Assembly: GCF_009914755.1 (NCBI RefSeq)
Contig: NC_060936.1
Source of the DNA: the human T2T-CHM13v2.0 reference genome, Homo sapiens
Length of the DNA stretch: 64,000 bases
Strand: one strand, 5' to 3'
Under the pieces are notes generated by a model. It worked only from the letters and a program-made list of their open reading frames with translations. It did not search any database and had not been told where the DNA came from. Positions 38,430 through 52,469 of this stretch are shown piece by piece (positions within the stretch are counted from its first letter, which is position 1; the number at the start of each line of letters is the position of its first letter). Both the position numbers and the translations under genes were made by a program.

Positions 38430-41340
38430 ATATTCATTTAATTAATGTTTAATGAAGGCCTACTATGCAACAGACACTATTAATATATTAATGAAAAAAG
38501 CAGACAAAAATTGCTACATTCTGAGAGTCTAGGGGAAAAACAGGGAACAAATAATAAACTAAATTGCCTATAATTAATTAATTACATAATATTCTAAACA
38601 GTAATACGTGCTATGGAAATAATATAATAGGAAAGAAAATTGTGAAGATTATAGAGAGGTTAACTTTTAAAATAGGGTGTTTAGTAATGGTCTCACAAAG
38701 ATTGGCATTAAAATCAAGACCTGAAGGAGGCAAGGAGGTGAGCTATGACGATATCTTAGGGAAGAGGGTTTCTAGGCAGAGGGAATAGCAAATGTCTTGA
38801 GGTGGGAATGTTCCAGGCAAACCTGAGAAACACAAGGAAGCAGTATGCCTGGAGAAGCAGTAAGTACGATTGGGGTTAGGAAGAGAGTAAGAGGAAATGC
38901 GGTTAAATTATGTGAATTTTATGAGTCACTCTAAGAAATTTAGGGTTTTCTTTAAGTGAAATGAAATGTCACAGAAGAACTTTAAACACATAAATGATAT
39001 GACATATTTAAAACTCTTAATTCTGGCTGATATGTTAACAATTACTGAAGGAGTAAAGGGTAGAGCAGCTAGAAAGTTACTGCAATAATCCAGGTAAAAA
39101 ATGATGATGGCTCAAACCAGGGTAAGAGTGGGTAGATATGGTGAGAAGTGGTGAGATTCTGGACTTACACTGAATTCAGAGTAGATAGGATTTACTGCCA
39201 GACTGGAATTGAGATATGAGAGAAAAAGAGGAATCAAGGAGAACTCAAAGGTTTTTTACCTGAATAACTTAACGAACAAAATTGGAATTCACTGAGATGA
39301 AAAAACTAGAGGAAGAGATGGAGAAAGGAAGCAGTAATCAGAAGGTAAGTCCGGGACATATTAACCTTGGGATGACTAAAAATATGTCCAAATAGAAATA
39401 CTGATCTGGCAGCTGGAGTTTAATGATTGAGATTTAAAGGAAAGAAACACATAAGAAATATGTATCTGGGACTCATAAGTATGTAGATGTCTCTTAAAGC
39501 TATAATATAGTTTGCCTGTGTTCCCAGCCAAATCTCATCTTGAATTGTAGTTTCCATAATCCCCGTGTGTCCTGGGAGGGACCCGGTGGGAGGTAATTGA
39601 ATCACGCAGGTGGTTACCACCATGCTGTCCTGATGATAGTGAGTGAGTTCTTATGAGAGCTAATGGTTTTATAAGGGGCTTTTCCCCCTCTTCATTCATT
39701 CTTCTCCTTCCTGCCACCATGTGAAGGTTTGCTACTCCTGCCATGATTGTAAGTTTCCTAAGGCCTCCCCAGCCCTGCAGAACTATGAGTCAATTAAACC
39801 TCTTTCCTTCATAAATTACCCAGTCTCGGGTATTTCTTCATAGCAGCATGAGAATGGATTAATACGAGCTATAAGACTAACTGAGATCACAAAGACTATG
39901 AGAATAGACAGGAAAATAAAAATAAGAGTTCTGGGCACTCCAACATTAAAAGCTCTGAAAGAGAAAAACATAACAAAGGACTGAGAACAATAAGCTAGTA
40001 GATTAGGTGCAAAACCAAAAAACAGTGGTGTCATGAAAGTGTCAAATATTGTTTATAGGCCAAGTAAAATGAAGATTGATATTTGGCCTTTGGATTTAGC
40101 AATATGGGAGTAATTGGTTACCTTGGCCAGAAATATTTCAGTTGAATGACAAAGGCAGAAACCTGTTTGAAATGGTTGAAGATAAAATGAAAACAGAAAA
40201 ATGAAATTAGAGACAGTAAAGTAGGAAAATTCCTTGGAATAATTTTGCCATAAAGGGAAGGAGAGAAGTACAATGGTAGATTGAGTGAAGGCAAAGTAGG
40301 ATCAAATGAAGTTGTCTTTGTTTTTTTGTTTTAAAATGAAAGATACAACAGTACGTTTGTAAGATGGTGGGAGATAACCATTAGAGAGGGAAACCAGTGA
40401 TTGGAGAAAAACAAGGGAAAATCATTGTAATGATGTTCTTGAGTGCATTCAAGAAATAGGATATAGTAAACAAGTAAAATGTTGGCATTAATTGCAAATG
40501 TGAACAGTTTTTCAGGCATCCTACAAGGCAGAAGGCAGAGTTTAGGCACACAAAGGCAGAAGGTCATTAAATGTGGTAGTACAGGTTTAAGAATGATGTC
40601 TTCTGGTTGCTTTTATTTTCTCAGTGGAATAGGAAGCAAAGTCATCCATTGGAAGTCATGATGAGATAGACATGTTTGAGGTTTCAGAAGAGAGGAAAAT
40701 GTATGAAATGGACATCTAGAAGTATGGAAATGTGTGTGGCATGGAGAAATATGATGGCTAGGAAGCATTAAAAGTCTACTTGAGTTTAGTGATCAATAAT
40801 TTGAAGTGAGACCCATAAGCCTAGGAAGCTATGTGGTATAGATAAGAAATAGAAGAGTTGTATTTAACCAATCTTATGATTTCATTGAGGAATAGAGGGT
40901 ATGTACAGGGGAATTCTTACAGTGATTAATCATGAACTTTAAGATGGGTAAGAAAGGCAGTAAAACAGATAGTAGGTAGGTAAAGGTCAAAAGATTGTTG
41001 AGTAAAGTGTATTCAAGAATAAACTGGAAAGATAAGAGTTTGTAATAACAGAAGGATTCATGGAATTGAGATTTTGACAAGGTTGCAATTATTTTTATAT
41101 TATGGTATTGAATGAACATAGGGATGAGTGAGGAAGAATGGAAGACAATACCACCAAAGGAAAGAAGGTCAAGGAATCAAGTGGCTACAGTAGTAGCAAG
41201 ATCACCCACATGGACATTAAAATATTTAAGAATTATGGCAGAAGTAGTGTTGGATGAAATTAAAGTGATCCAGGTGCTAAAATACTCCATAAATGAAGTT
41301 ATATTCAACAGGTAGTCTAAAGTAAATGAGTTGATGAAAC
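38430..41340 (-). mobile_element. Long L2 element interrupted by a THE1 LTR
   Basis: L2 3' end in reverse (attcatttaattaatgtttaatgaaggcctactatg) followed by purine-rich L2 body (gcaataatccagg, gatttagcaatatgggag). Confidence 0.75.
39503..39866 (+). mobile_element. THE1 solo LTR
   Basis: atatagtttgcctgtgttcccagccaaatctcatcttgaattgtag...aattaaacctctttcc...aattacccagtctcggg...gattaatac; 5-bp TSD agcta. Confidence 0.92.
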
Positions 41341-41667
41341 TTTGTGCTGTTACAGACACAGCACTCATCATAAGAAAAGAGAATTTATTTTTGCCTTTTA
41401 CAGAGTGCTAATGACCACACTAGAAAAATAAATAATTAAAAGTTATTTCAATCATTAATATTAAAAGGGAATCTCTTGAGTGGTGGGTAATTTTTCCTGA
41501 CATCCTTTCTCTGAAAGAAGAGTTAGCTGACATAATTTATTTAGATTTACTTTAAAAGTGTTTGACCTTAAAAAATACCTGTCACAGAACACATAAGAAC
41601 AGAGTAATTGAGAAATCAATACAATGCTCTATTAAGTTGAAAAAGTGACAAATTACTTTTAAAAATA

Positions 41668-42352
41668 AAGTACTGGAAGTCCTAGATAGAGCAATCAGGC
41701 AAGAGAAAGAAATAAAAGCCATCTAAATAGGAAAAAAAGAAATTCAACTATGTCTCTTTACTGATGATATGATTCTATACCTAGAAAACTCCAAAGACTC
41801 CACCAAAAGGCTACTGAAACTGATAAATAACTTCAGTAAAGTTTCAGAATATAAAATCAACATAGAAAAATCAGTAACATTCCTATATACCAATAATGTT
41901 CAAGCTGAGAGCCAAATCAAGAACACAATCCCATTTACAATAGCCACACACACACAAGAAAATACCTAGGAATAGATCTACCCAAAGAGGAGAAAGATCT
42001 CTACAAGGAGAATGACAAAAAAAAAAATGTTGAGAGAAACCACAGATGACACAAACAAATGGAAATATATGACATGCTCATGGACTATTGGAAGAACCAC
42101 AATCATTAAAATACCCATAGTACCAAAAGCAATCTACGGATTCAATGCTATTCATATCAAACTACCAACTTTATTTTTCACAGAACTGGAAAAAAATTCT
42201 AAAATTCATATGGAACCAAAAAGGAGACCAAATAGTCAAAGCAATCCTAAGAAAAAAGAACAATGTTAGAGGTATTATATTACCCAACTTCAAACCATAC
42301 TATAAGGCTACAGTACTCAAAACAGCATGGTTTTGGTGACACACAGACACAG

Positions 42353-42387
<35 letters not shown>

Positions 42388-43780
42388 CACACACACAGCA
42401 ATGGAACAGACTGGAGAACCCAGAGATAAAGCTACACACAATACAGCCATCTGATACTCAACCAAGACAACAAAAATAAGCAATAGGGAAAGGAATCCCT
42501 ATTCAATAAATGGTGCTGGAATAGCTGTCCAGCTATACGCAGAATAATGAAATTGGACCCTTATCTTTTACCACATACAAAAAAAATTAACTCAAAATGG
42601 GTTAAAGATTTAAATGAAAGATTACAAACTATAAGAATCCTAGAAGAAACATAGGAAACACCATTCTGGACATCGGCCTTAGGAAAGAAGTTATGACTAA
42701 GTCCTCAAAAGCAATAGCAACAAAAGCAAAAATTGACAAGTGGGACCTAATTAAAGATCTTCTACCCAGCAAAAGAAACTATCAACAGAGTAAACAACCT
42801 ATAGAACGGGAGAAAATATTCACAAATTTTGCATCTGGCAGAGGTCTAATATCCAGAATCTATAAGGTTCTTAATTCAACAAGCAAAAACAAATAATCCC
42901 ATTAAAGAATGGGCAAAAGACATAAGAGACACTTTTCAAAAGACATACATGTGGCCAACAAACATGAAAAATGTTTAACATCACTAATCATCAGAGAAAA
43001 GCAAATCAAAACCACAATGAGATACCATCTCACACTAGAAAGGCTATTATTAAAAACTCAAAAACACCAGGCACTGAGGAGGCTGTGGAGAGAAAGGAGA
43101 ACTTATGCACTGTTGGTGGGAATGTAAATTAGTTCAACCACTGTGGAATACAGTTTGGAGATTTCCCAAAGAATCTAAAACAGAACTACCACTCAGCCCA
43201 GTAATTCCATTACCAGATATATACTCAAAGGAAAATAAATTATTCTACCAAAAAGATACATGTACATGTATGTTCATTTCAGCAGTATTCAAAATAATGA
43301 AGACATGGAATCAACCTAGGTGCCCATCAATGATGGATTGGATAAAGAAAATGTGGTACATATATATGTGGAATACTATGCAGCCATGAAAAGAACAAGA
43401 CCATGTTCTTCGCAGCAATATGGATGCAGCTGGAGGCCATAATCCTTTTTTCTTTAAAAAAGTGGAACACAAGGACTTAGCCATAATCCTAATCACATTA
43501 ATGCAGGAACAGAAAACCAAATACCACATGCTCTCTCTTATAAGTGGGAGCTAAACTTTAGGTACTTTTGGACATAAAGATGGCAATAATAGACACTGGA
43601 GACGACTAGATGGGGGAGGTAGGGAGGAGGGTAAGGTTGAAAAATTGTTGCATACTATGCTCACTACCTAAGTGACAGGATCATGCATATCTCAGCATCA
43701 TGCAATATACCCATGTAACAAATCTGCACGTGTACTCCCTGAATCTAGAATAAAAACTGAAATTATTAAATAAATAGGTA
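41668..43780 (+). mobile_element. 5'-truncated L1 (L1PB/old L1PA-like)
   Basis: ORF2 fragments ([16 protein letters not shown]...; KTWNQPRCPSMMDWIKKMW), 3'UTR; 13-bp TSD aaataaagtactg. Confidence 0.9.
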
Positions 43781-44485
43781 AATAAAGTACTGTTTTACAA
43801 ATGTGGGAGCAGGAGGAATTACAGGGAAGGAAATGATTACACTATTTCCCTGAGTATTTTAACTATTGTAAGTCAACAGGGGAATATGCAGGTTTTAGAA
43901 AATTGTTCCAATCATTCTGAACATTGATTAGTCTTATTCAATTTCAAGAAGACTATTAAAAAATAACAAGAACAATAAAAAAGAAATAACATATATTTCT
44001 CGGGGAAACCATTTGGCTATATGATGGCACTGTGGTTCAGTAGTAAACAGTAAGTATTCCAAGTAACATTTTAAATTATAATCTTTCAAAAGATAAATGG
44101 ATAAAGCACTACAAAAATTAAGTAAATGCCTGTTTAATCCTTGTCTTCCTCAAAAAAATAAAACTACAAAATTCGTATGGGCATCTGGTTTTGGTGAATA
44201 TATCAAAACTAAAAATAAATGAAAACTAGAGCAGCTTTTCAAGATAGAGGTTTTATCAGGACTGGACATTTACTATGTTAAGTTCTAGGGAAATAAAAAT
44301 GAGTAAAAGACATAATCCTGCCTTCGAGTCACCGATAAACAAGAGAAAAAACATGTATGTAAGCAAAATATATATTTATAATATACATTTATTTACAAAA
44401 TTCTAGGGGACCAAAAAGGAGGTGGTGACTAAATCTTTCTGTGAGAGTCAGAGTAAAGTCACAGGTGATACTTAAACTGCCCCCT

Positions 44486-44624
44486 GAGTTAATGGGTGCA
44501 GCACATCAACATGGCACATGTATACATATGTAACAAACCTGCACGTTGTGCACATGTACCCTAAAACTTAAAGTATAATAATAATAAAATTTAAAAAAAT
44601 AAATAAATAAAAATAAAAATAAAT
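44486..44624 (+). mobile_element. Severely 5'-truncated young L1PA 3' end (~100 bp plus tail)
   Basis: ggcacatgtatacatatgtaacaaacctgcacgttgtgcacatgtaccctaaaacttaaagtataataa; TSD aaactgccccctgag/aaagtgcccctgag. Confidence 0.9.
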
Positions 44625-45437
44625 AAAGTGCCCCTGAGGATTGAGTTGGAGCTCAGGTTGAAGGTCTCTGTCTATGTGTTGGGGGAGGGTAGTACTGAGA
44701 ATGGAAAAGCCCACACAGAGAGAAAAAAATCAGCAGAATCTAAAAGAATGAAAATGCATGGAACATTTAGTTACTTGTGAAGAAAGAGATGTAGTTTATG
44801 AGGAGAGACAATGGATGATGAATTTGTAAATGAAATTGGAAAAGCACCCTTGTAAATAATTTATTTTTAAGGCTTTAGACCTCATCCTATAAAGTAGTTA
44901 CTTGCCAAAGCATATTCCACAGACTACTAGTTCTATGGGATGTTGAAAGATTATCACAAGAAAAAGGAGGCATCTCTGATCAAACAGAGTTAAACAAAAT
45001 TTAAAGGATGTATTTACTCTAGGACTTCTCTGCACCTCTTAATATACTAATACACACTGAAAATCTCAAAAAGCTAATAGAATATGCAGTTTTCCAAACT
45101 AATTTCACAATAGAATCTTTTTTTAAAGGAGAAAATCAGAGAACTAATGTTCTGTGGGAATGTATTCTGGAAAATGCTACTGGAGTAATGGGGAAATCAC
45201 TGCAACTTAATTAAATTGGCTTCCCACCACATGACATCATTTATTTATTCTTCCACCTAATAAACTTTTATTTAGTACCTTCTACATGCTAAGCCTAATA
45301 GTGCATAAAAGTCCACGAGCCTTATAAATTCGAATTGTTTATGTGAATAAAAATAATAGTAGTTTCCTACTAAGTTAATGTGGCCAAAACAAAATGAACT
45401 TGGATTCTGACTATACAGGATTCAAGTTCATCACAGT

Positions 45438-45685
45438 GCAGCAGTAGTGGTTAGGCATGGACACTTGGTAGCCAACCTGCCTGGGTTTAAATCCTAGCTA
45501 TTCCACTTACTAGCTATATGACCTTGGGCAAATTACTTAACCTCTCTGTGCCACTATTAAGTGGGAATTGTGACAGTCCCTAACTCAGTTGTTCTGATGA
45601 TTAAGTTGAATGAGCAAATATTTATAAAGTCCTTAGAAAAGTGCTTGGCATACAGTAAGCATAATGTGTATTTCTGTTAAATAAA
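45438..45685 (+). mobile_element. MIR
   Basis: ctgcctgggtttaaatcctagctattccacttactagctatatgaccttgggcaaattacttaacctctctgtgcc. Confidence 0.85.
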
Positions 45686-46408
45686 TCAAATAAATATGCT
45701 GGGGTCATAGGGAGTGTTTTTCTTTCCTTTCTTAAACTAGTTTATTGCACACTTACTCTGGGAAATTTTTGTAATAAATCAGTAGCCTGTTTAGATATAG
45801 GTGAAAATGAGATAACACAAGGCCATTTGGGTTCTTCCCTTGAGTAGGAAGCTTTATTGAAACATCAATCTTTACCCTAGATAGTGAGCCACAGTCTCCT
45901 AGCTCTCATTATTTTCTCCATACAGCTGATTGAAAAAGTCAGGATATAAAAATGTAACAGCAGGATGCAGAAATAAAGTTGATTTCTAGTTTTTTCTTTA
46001 TACTTCTTCCTAGTTTTCAGATTTTCCATGATGGCATATCTAAGTTCTTTATTAAGAAAAAAGTTATCTAAAAAATCAGCTCTCAAACTAGGGTTAAAAA
46101 CAAAGATAAATATAATATAGGAATTTTCTCCTTCCCAGTCCTAAAATAGTTGCCAGAGATAATTGGGAGGTCAAGGTAGGATTCAGCATTATGTTTCAAG
46201 TTTGAATAGTTGTGAATTTAGCAAAGAAATTCCCAAACTCTTAACATACTATAAAATTCGTAAACGTTAATATATTTTAAAGAAAAACAATATGATTCAC
46301 ATCAAAACCACAGCTGTTTGAAAATTCAGGTCACTATACCCTCCTTAAAGAATTTTTAAAATGGTGTTCAGAGTTACCTTAAAATTAAAATGATAAGAAA
46401 GAACTCAC

Positions 46409-46446
46409 ATTTTGAGGATTAAAATGAGAAGTCTTCTTATAGACAT
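46409..46446 (-). CDS. NELL2: NELL2 distal alternative first coding exon (MSIRRLLILILK-I); gives a +23 aa isoform
   Basis: aaaATGt at 46446; consensus donor AT|gtgagt at 46409/46408; 38 nt is phase 2, in frame with acceptor 8501 giving MSIRRLLILILKIGRRWTELIRT-MESRV; matches my recollection of an annotated NELL2 isoform. Confidence 0.7.
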
Positions 46447-46499
46447 TTTATAATAATAATGTCTAAAAGGTTCTTTTTTCACTTTTAGATTGAATAAAG

Positions 46500-47325
46500 C
46501 ATCTTCCTTATTTCAGTAAATGTTAGATGGATCCTTCTGATTGCTCAGGCCAAAAACCTTGGAGTCATTTCTCTCACATCCCACATCCAATTGCTCAGTA
46601 CATCCTGCCTGCTACTTCTCAATATATAGACAGAATCTGGCAGTTACCATCTCCACCCACAACTGCCATGGTCTAAGTCATCATCCTAACTGGTCTCCCT
46701 GCTATCATCATTCCCTTCAGTCTATCCTCAAAATAGCATCCAAAGAAGTGATCCTTTTAAAACATAAATCAGGTTGTGTCACTCCTCTGCCTAAAACCCT
46801 CAGTGGTTTTCCATCTCACTTGAAGTAAAAGCTGAAGTCCTTGCCAAGCCATCCATGATCTTGTCCACCTTACCCCTCTGATATCGCTCTCCTTCCCTTG
46901 TTCCATTTCAGTCTCCCCCGTATCCTTACTGTCAATATTTCTAAAACAAGCAGCCAGACCTTTACAGTTGCTGTTCTTTCTGCCTGGAATGCTCTTCCTG
47001 CAGGTGTCCTCTTAGCTCACTCCCTTACCTTCTTTGTACTTTGCCCAAATGTCACCTTATCATAAGGTTTTCCTTGACTACCTCTTTTAAAATTGCAAAC
47101 CACCCCACTCACATTTTCTAGTGCCTCTTCCAGATTTTTTTCTACATAGCAATTAAAACCATCTAACATCCCATGTTTCATATTTATCTCATTGTGTCTC
47201 TTCAATAGAATGAAAATTCATGAGCACAAGATTTTTCTCTGTTTTATTCTCTGATATATTCCCACAACCTAGAAGAGTGCTTAACACAGAGTAGCTGCTC
47301 GGTAAATATTTAGTGGATGTTAAAT
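46500..47325 (+). mobile_element. L2 3' portion
   Basis: ttgctcaggccaaaaaccttggagtcat...gttgctgttctttctgcctggaatgctcttc...cacagagtagctgctcggtaaatattt. Confidence 0.85.
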
Positions 47326-47463
47326 AAAAGTGGAGGTGTTGGGAAAGCTATTGGATATATACTCCTGGAGTGTAGAGAAAGGTCTCGGCTAGAGATATAA
47401 TTGTATTAGTCATCAGTAAAAATGGCATTAAAATTAAAGAGGCTGGATTCAGTAAAAAAGAAA

Positions 47464-47782
<319 letters not shown>

Positions 47783-49599
47783 TCATTTTTAAAATATTCG
47801 TTGGAAAAGCATAAAGACAAAAAGAATGCACTTTGCTGGAAACACATAGTGATAAAAATAATGTACTTTTTGTAAATTTCAAATTAGCAAAATTTACAAA
47901 ACTGAAGGCTATTTAAAAGATATACAATATGCAACTAATTGCAAAACACTGAATCAGTAATTTTTCATTGCTTTCTAATTGAATTTTGCTTTATTTCATG
48001 TTCAAGGTTATCTTCTCTTCTCAGTAAATGAAGCAAATTGTATGCCTTTTAATCCTTCTGTTTACCATCAGATCTTAGACAACCATGAAACACAAATAAG
48101 GAACTGAGATGCATGCAATATATTGTTTCTAAAGAATTCCCCTCTCGAGTCTTCATCTTCTGTGACCATTTAATTGTGCTGGTGACTGGCAAGACATGTG
48201 GGAATTGAAAGTAATATACTTGGAAGTAAATGGAGATTAAAATTCTCTTCCCAATAATTTGAAACTTATTTTGAAGCTTATTCAAAAAAATAAATGAAGA
48301 GCCCAAGGTCCGGCAACACTTTACTGACAATCAGCCATTAGAATGCAGAACAGTGCCCTCAAAGACTGCCATCTGCATTTTGTAGGAAGAGATGCAAAAA
48401 AAAATGGGGAAAATATTGTAAAATAACCACCACTATTGCTCAGTAATTTGTGTTAATTGTATGAATGAAGTTGTCGACCCACTGTACTTCTTAAATGACA
48501 TCACTCATCAGTCCCTGCAATTTGTTTCAACATGATGAAAACACAGTTGGGCTGAAAGATGCCTAGGTTCAGAGTAGTCTAAAAGCTTTTCAAATACCTT
48601 TAATGCATATTCACAGCCACCACTTTTGAAAATAGTATTTCATCACCTGCTATATCTAAATTTCTAAAATCTGCATTATATATTTCAAGGATGTTTAAAT
48701 CAAAGTTAAAGTATCAAAAAGCCTACATAATTTAACAAGTAACATGTATTAAAGGATGCTGACACAGCAGATAATAGGCAACCAACAGGCCAATGTTAGC
48801 CACATGAAAGCTGCAAATAACTGCAGATTTAAAGTTATGAACATGAAGAAGCTGAGAAATAATTTAAAAGGAAAGAGATAACTGAAGTCAAATGAGGCAA
48901 AGAAAATAGTTTAAAGGCAAGAAAGTTGAAAATATAAAAACAATCTGAAGAGGAAGTGAAATAGAAAATCAGGTAAATGAAATGGATTCAGAATCTAAGC
49001 TAAAAAAAATGGTATTAATCAACCATCACACCAGACCCACATTTTTAAAATGGAAATCATTATAACTGGGGTGACAATAAGGAAGCAAGAGAATTCCAGA
49101 AATATGGTGGAAATTAATATTAAATAGGGCACCACTGTGATTTTTTTAAGTTTCCTTTCTAATAAAATCTCTAGAGCCATCTTTACTCCATCACACCTTC
49201 CTTGCACTCCTCATTGCATCCATCATTATTAACCACAAATCTCACCTTCCCCACCACAACAACAATTTTCCTGGAAGAGATTTTTACAGAGTATGTAAGT
49301 CAAGAAAATGACAAATTTGAGCCCCTTCAAGGCAAACCATTATAAGTCATATTGAACACTTTTTGAACACCAGTACCATAGAATCATAGACTCACAAGGT
49401 CAGAAAACTCTAAAGGTCCTCTAGTCTAATAATTCATTCTCAAAGTCCTTCTATAATGTTCCTGACAAGCAGCTAGATTATTTTTACAAAAGCATGTTGA
49501 TTGATAAGAGAACACTGCCTCCTACAAAATGGTCCATTTCACCTTCAAATATCCTTTCAACCTGTTATTTATTCAATTTTTATTCTACTCAAATTAAAC

Positions 49600-49770
49600 A
49601 TTTTGGCCAGGACATCTATTAATAAGAAAACCTGAAAACAGCAAAGCAACTGGCCCTATCCCACAGAGACTCTCGTTTTGTTAATCTGATTGGAGCATCC
49701 CTGAGAATGTGCTTTTAAAACTCCCCAAGTGATTCTAATGTGCAGCCAGGATTGAAGAACCTTGCACCCA
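49600..49770. mobile_element. MER5A-like hAT fragment
   Basis: aactccccaagtgattctaatgtgcagccaggattgaagaacc. Confidence 0.6.
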
Positions 49771-50115
49771 ACAAACTTCAGTCCATACCAAGGTAGATTT
49801 ACTGCAAGAAAATGTCAAAAGGTCTTTCTCCCTAAAATTTCCATCCATGAGTCTCACTTTGACCTCTTGATGATTATACAGTAGAATAAAACAACATTAT
49901 GACGTAGAAAGAGCACAGCATTTGAATTCAGAGAAACCCAGCCCAACCACTTCCTAAGTGACTGGCCTCAGCCCAGCTGTCCAACTGTCCTAAGTCTTAG
50001 TTTCCATATATGTAAGAAGAGGATAATAGTAACTAATGGAGAGTTGAAGGAGTTAATATATTGCACATGGCCAGCACAGTGCTATCATGTCTTCCTGAGC
50101 CTTCTCTAGGTATAT

Positions 50116-50591
50116 GTGGTGAGCAGACCCTAGGGTGGGCCCATGATTCCCACCCCTTGGTGTTCATACCCTGTATAATCCCCTCCCATTGAACGTATGT
50201 GAGGCCTGTGACTTGCTTCTAATCGATAGAATATGGCAAAGATTAAAGGATTTTGCAGAGGTAATTAAGGTCCCAAATCAGTTGATTTCAAGTTAATCAT
50301 AAGGAAGCTTGTCCTGGGTGGGCCCTTAAAAGAGTGACTAGGCACTCCCTGAAGTCAGAGACTCTAATCAAGAGAGACTGTCCTGTGGGCTAGAGAAGTA
50401 AGGGGTCATGTTACAGAAGCTCATGTGGCAAGTAACTAAATGGCCTCTAAGCACTGCAAGTGGCCTCTAGGACCTGAGGGCAGCCTCCAGACAACGGCTT
50501 CAAAAAGTCAGGGCTCTCCGCCATATAGCTTCAAAGAAATGGATTGTGCCATCAACTGGTAATTTGGTTTACAGCAGTAAAAAACTAATAC
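50116..50591 (+). mobile_element. MLT1 LTR (internally deleted)
   Basis: tgtggtgagcagacc...gtataatcccctcccattga...gtgacttgcttctaatc...taatttggtttacagcagtaaaaaactaatac. Confidence 0.8.
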
Positions 50592-51123
50592 TGTTAAGCA
50601 CCAACCATTTTAGTTTGAATATTTTGAGTCCTTTCCTCTTGAAAATAATGTTCATTTTCCTGGTCACTACCTAAAACACCTCCACTTGACCTAAATTTTC
50701 TTTAACATGTGGCTTGCAAAAGCAGACGCAAACATCACAGCTAAAATGTATCCAGGTAGAAAGCATCAGTGGATATTAAATCTGGGGTGGTGGTAGTGGT
50801 GGAAATGATATTTACATTAAATTTGACTTTGTTTTTTACCCTAAAGTACAGATCCTATATGGTGTTAATCTCACATTTAGGGAAAAGAAAAAAAGACTCC
50901 CTTGTTATCAAATTGTTTTGCTAATGATCCTCTCTTTAACCATCTGGAATGCAACCCATTCAACCTGAAGCTCGTGTTAACTCCAAAGCTTGCAAAATAT
51001 ATTTTGAAGAGTTTCACAAAACATAGACTATTGTCATTTATCTTAATCTATTATAGTTTGTATTACTCACTTGACCCCACTAGCCTTATGCTAACTTGGC
51101 ATATTTATATGTTCATGCATGCA

Positions 51124-51127
<4 letters not shown>

Positions 51128-51175
<48 letters not shown>
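51128..51175. repeat. (TG)24 microsatellite
   Basis: Seen directly. Confidence 0.97.
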
Positions 51176-51179
<4 letters not shown>

Positions 51180-52017
51180 ATCTCCTGCCAATCAGAAAAA
51201 CCTAAGAACCTTAATTTTCCTCTTTCCATATTCGCACAGGCAAGTATTTAAAAGTATTTCTAAGTAATTCATACCCAAACACATCATGAAGACTCATTCT
51301 TCCACCCTTGCTCACTGATGGTTTTATGTCAGATCACATGCATTATCTATCTTTAATTTCTGAAACGAGCCTTTCTATTAATGTCCTTTGTAAGGTGTCA
51401 TGCAGAGGAGATTAATGGCAGTCCTTATTTGATAGACAGTACCTAATAGTCAGCCATTGCTTCCCTCTCCCCTCTATAGGTAGTCCCTGATTCCCAATGT
51501 AGAGGCTAACACTGCATAGGTAGTTTTCCCCTCTTATTGAGGATATGATCACATGACCCTGAAAGTACCTGACAAACACAATTAACATGCTAAGAATGAC
51601 AGAATGAAAACATAAAAGAGCTCAAGTTCTTGATGACACTGCTCAAGCAATGACTTAACCTGACCTTCAACCATCCTACTGCCAGATTTCTTCGAACGTG
51701 AGAAAATAAATACTTTGTCTAAGCCCTTTTTGGGTATCCAGCTACTTGTAGCCACAAACATCCTAAATGATACAACTGCCTATCTGTAACAATTTTTAAA
51801 ACTCCCTAAACCTCAGTTTTTCCAGCAAAGAGAGGAAAAAATAATAGTGCCTGTCTCTTAAGAATGTTGTGGAAATGCAGTGGTACAATGAAGATAAATG
51901 GTGCTCAGCATGTAGTAAAAATGATAAATTATTAATATTAATATAAAATAATATTAATATAATGCAAACCTACATAAATACCCAATAACCGTATGTTGAA
52001 TGTAACTGTGTTATTAT

Positions 52018-52469
52018 TGTGGGTTGCACTGTGTTCCCCTAAAAGATGTTAAAGTCCTAACCCCCAGTACCTGTGACCGTAACCCTGGAAATAAGGTTTC
52101 TGCAGACGCTCAAGTTAGGATGTGGTCATCAGGGTGAGCCCTAATCCAATGTGACAGTGTCCTTATAAAAAGGGGAAATTTAGACAGAGACAGAGATATG
52201 AGCACAGAGAGAATGCTGTGTGAACGTGAAGGTAGTAATCAGAGTGACGGGTCTACAAGACAAGGAATGCCAAAGATTGCCAACAAAACACTGGAAGCTA
52301 GGAAAGAGGCATGGAATCGATTCTCTCCCACAGCCCTTGGAAGGAACCAATTCTGCCAGCACCTTAATCTCAGACTTCCAGCCCCCAGAGCTGTGAGACA
52401 ATGCATTTCTGTTGTTTAAGGCATTCAGTTTGTGCTGCTTTGCCATGGCTGCCCTAGCAAGCTAATACA
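52018..52469 (+). mobile_element. MLT1 LTR (MLT1C-like)
   Basis: tgtgggttgcactgtgttcccc...aagtcctaacccccagtacc...gccctagcaagctaataca. Confidence 0.88.

Noticed and set aside
51926-51963. AT-only quasi-palindrome (attattaatattaatataaaataatattaatataat)
   Set aside because: Low-complexity AT run; symmetry is expected by chance
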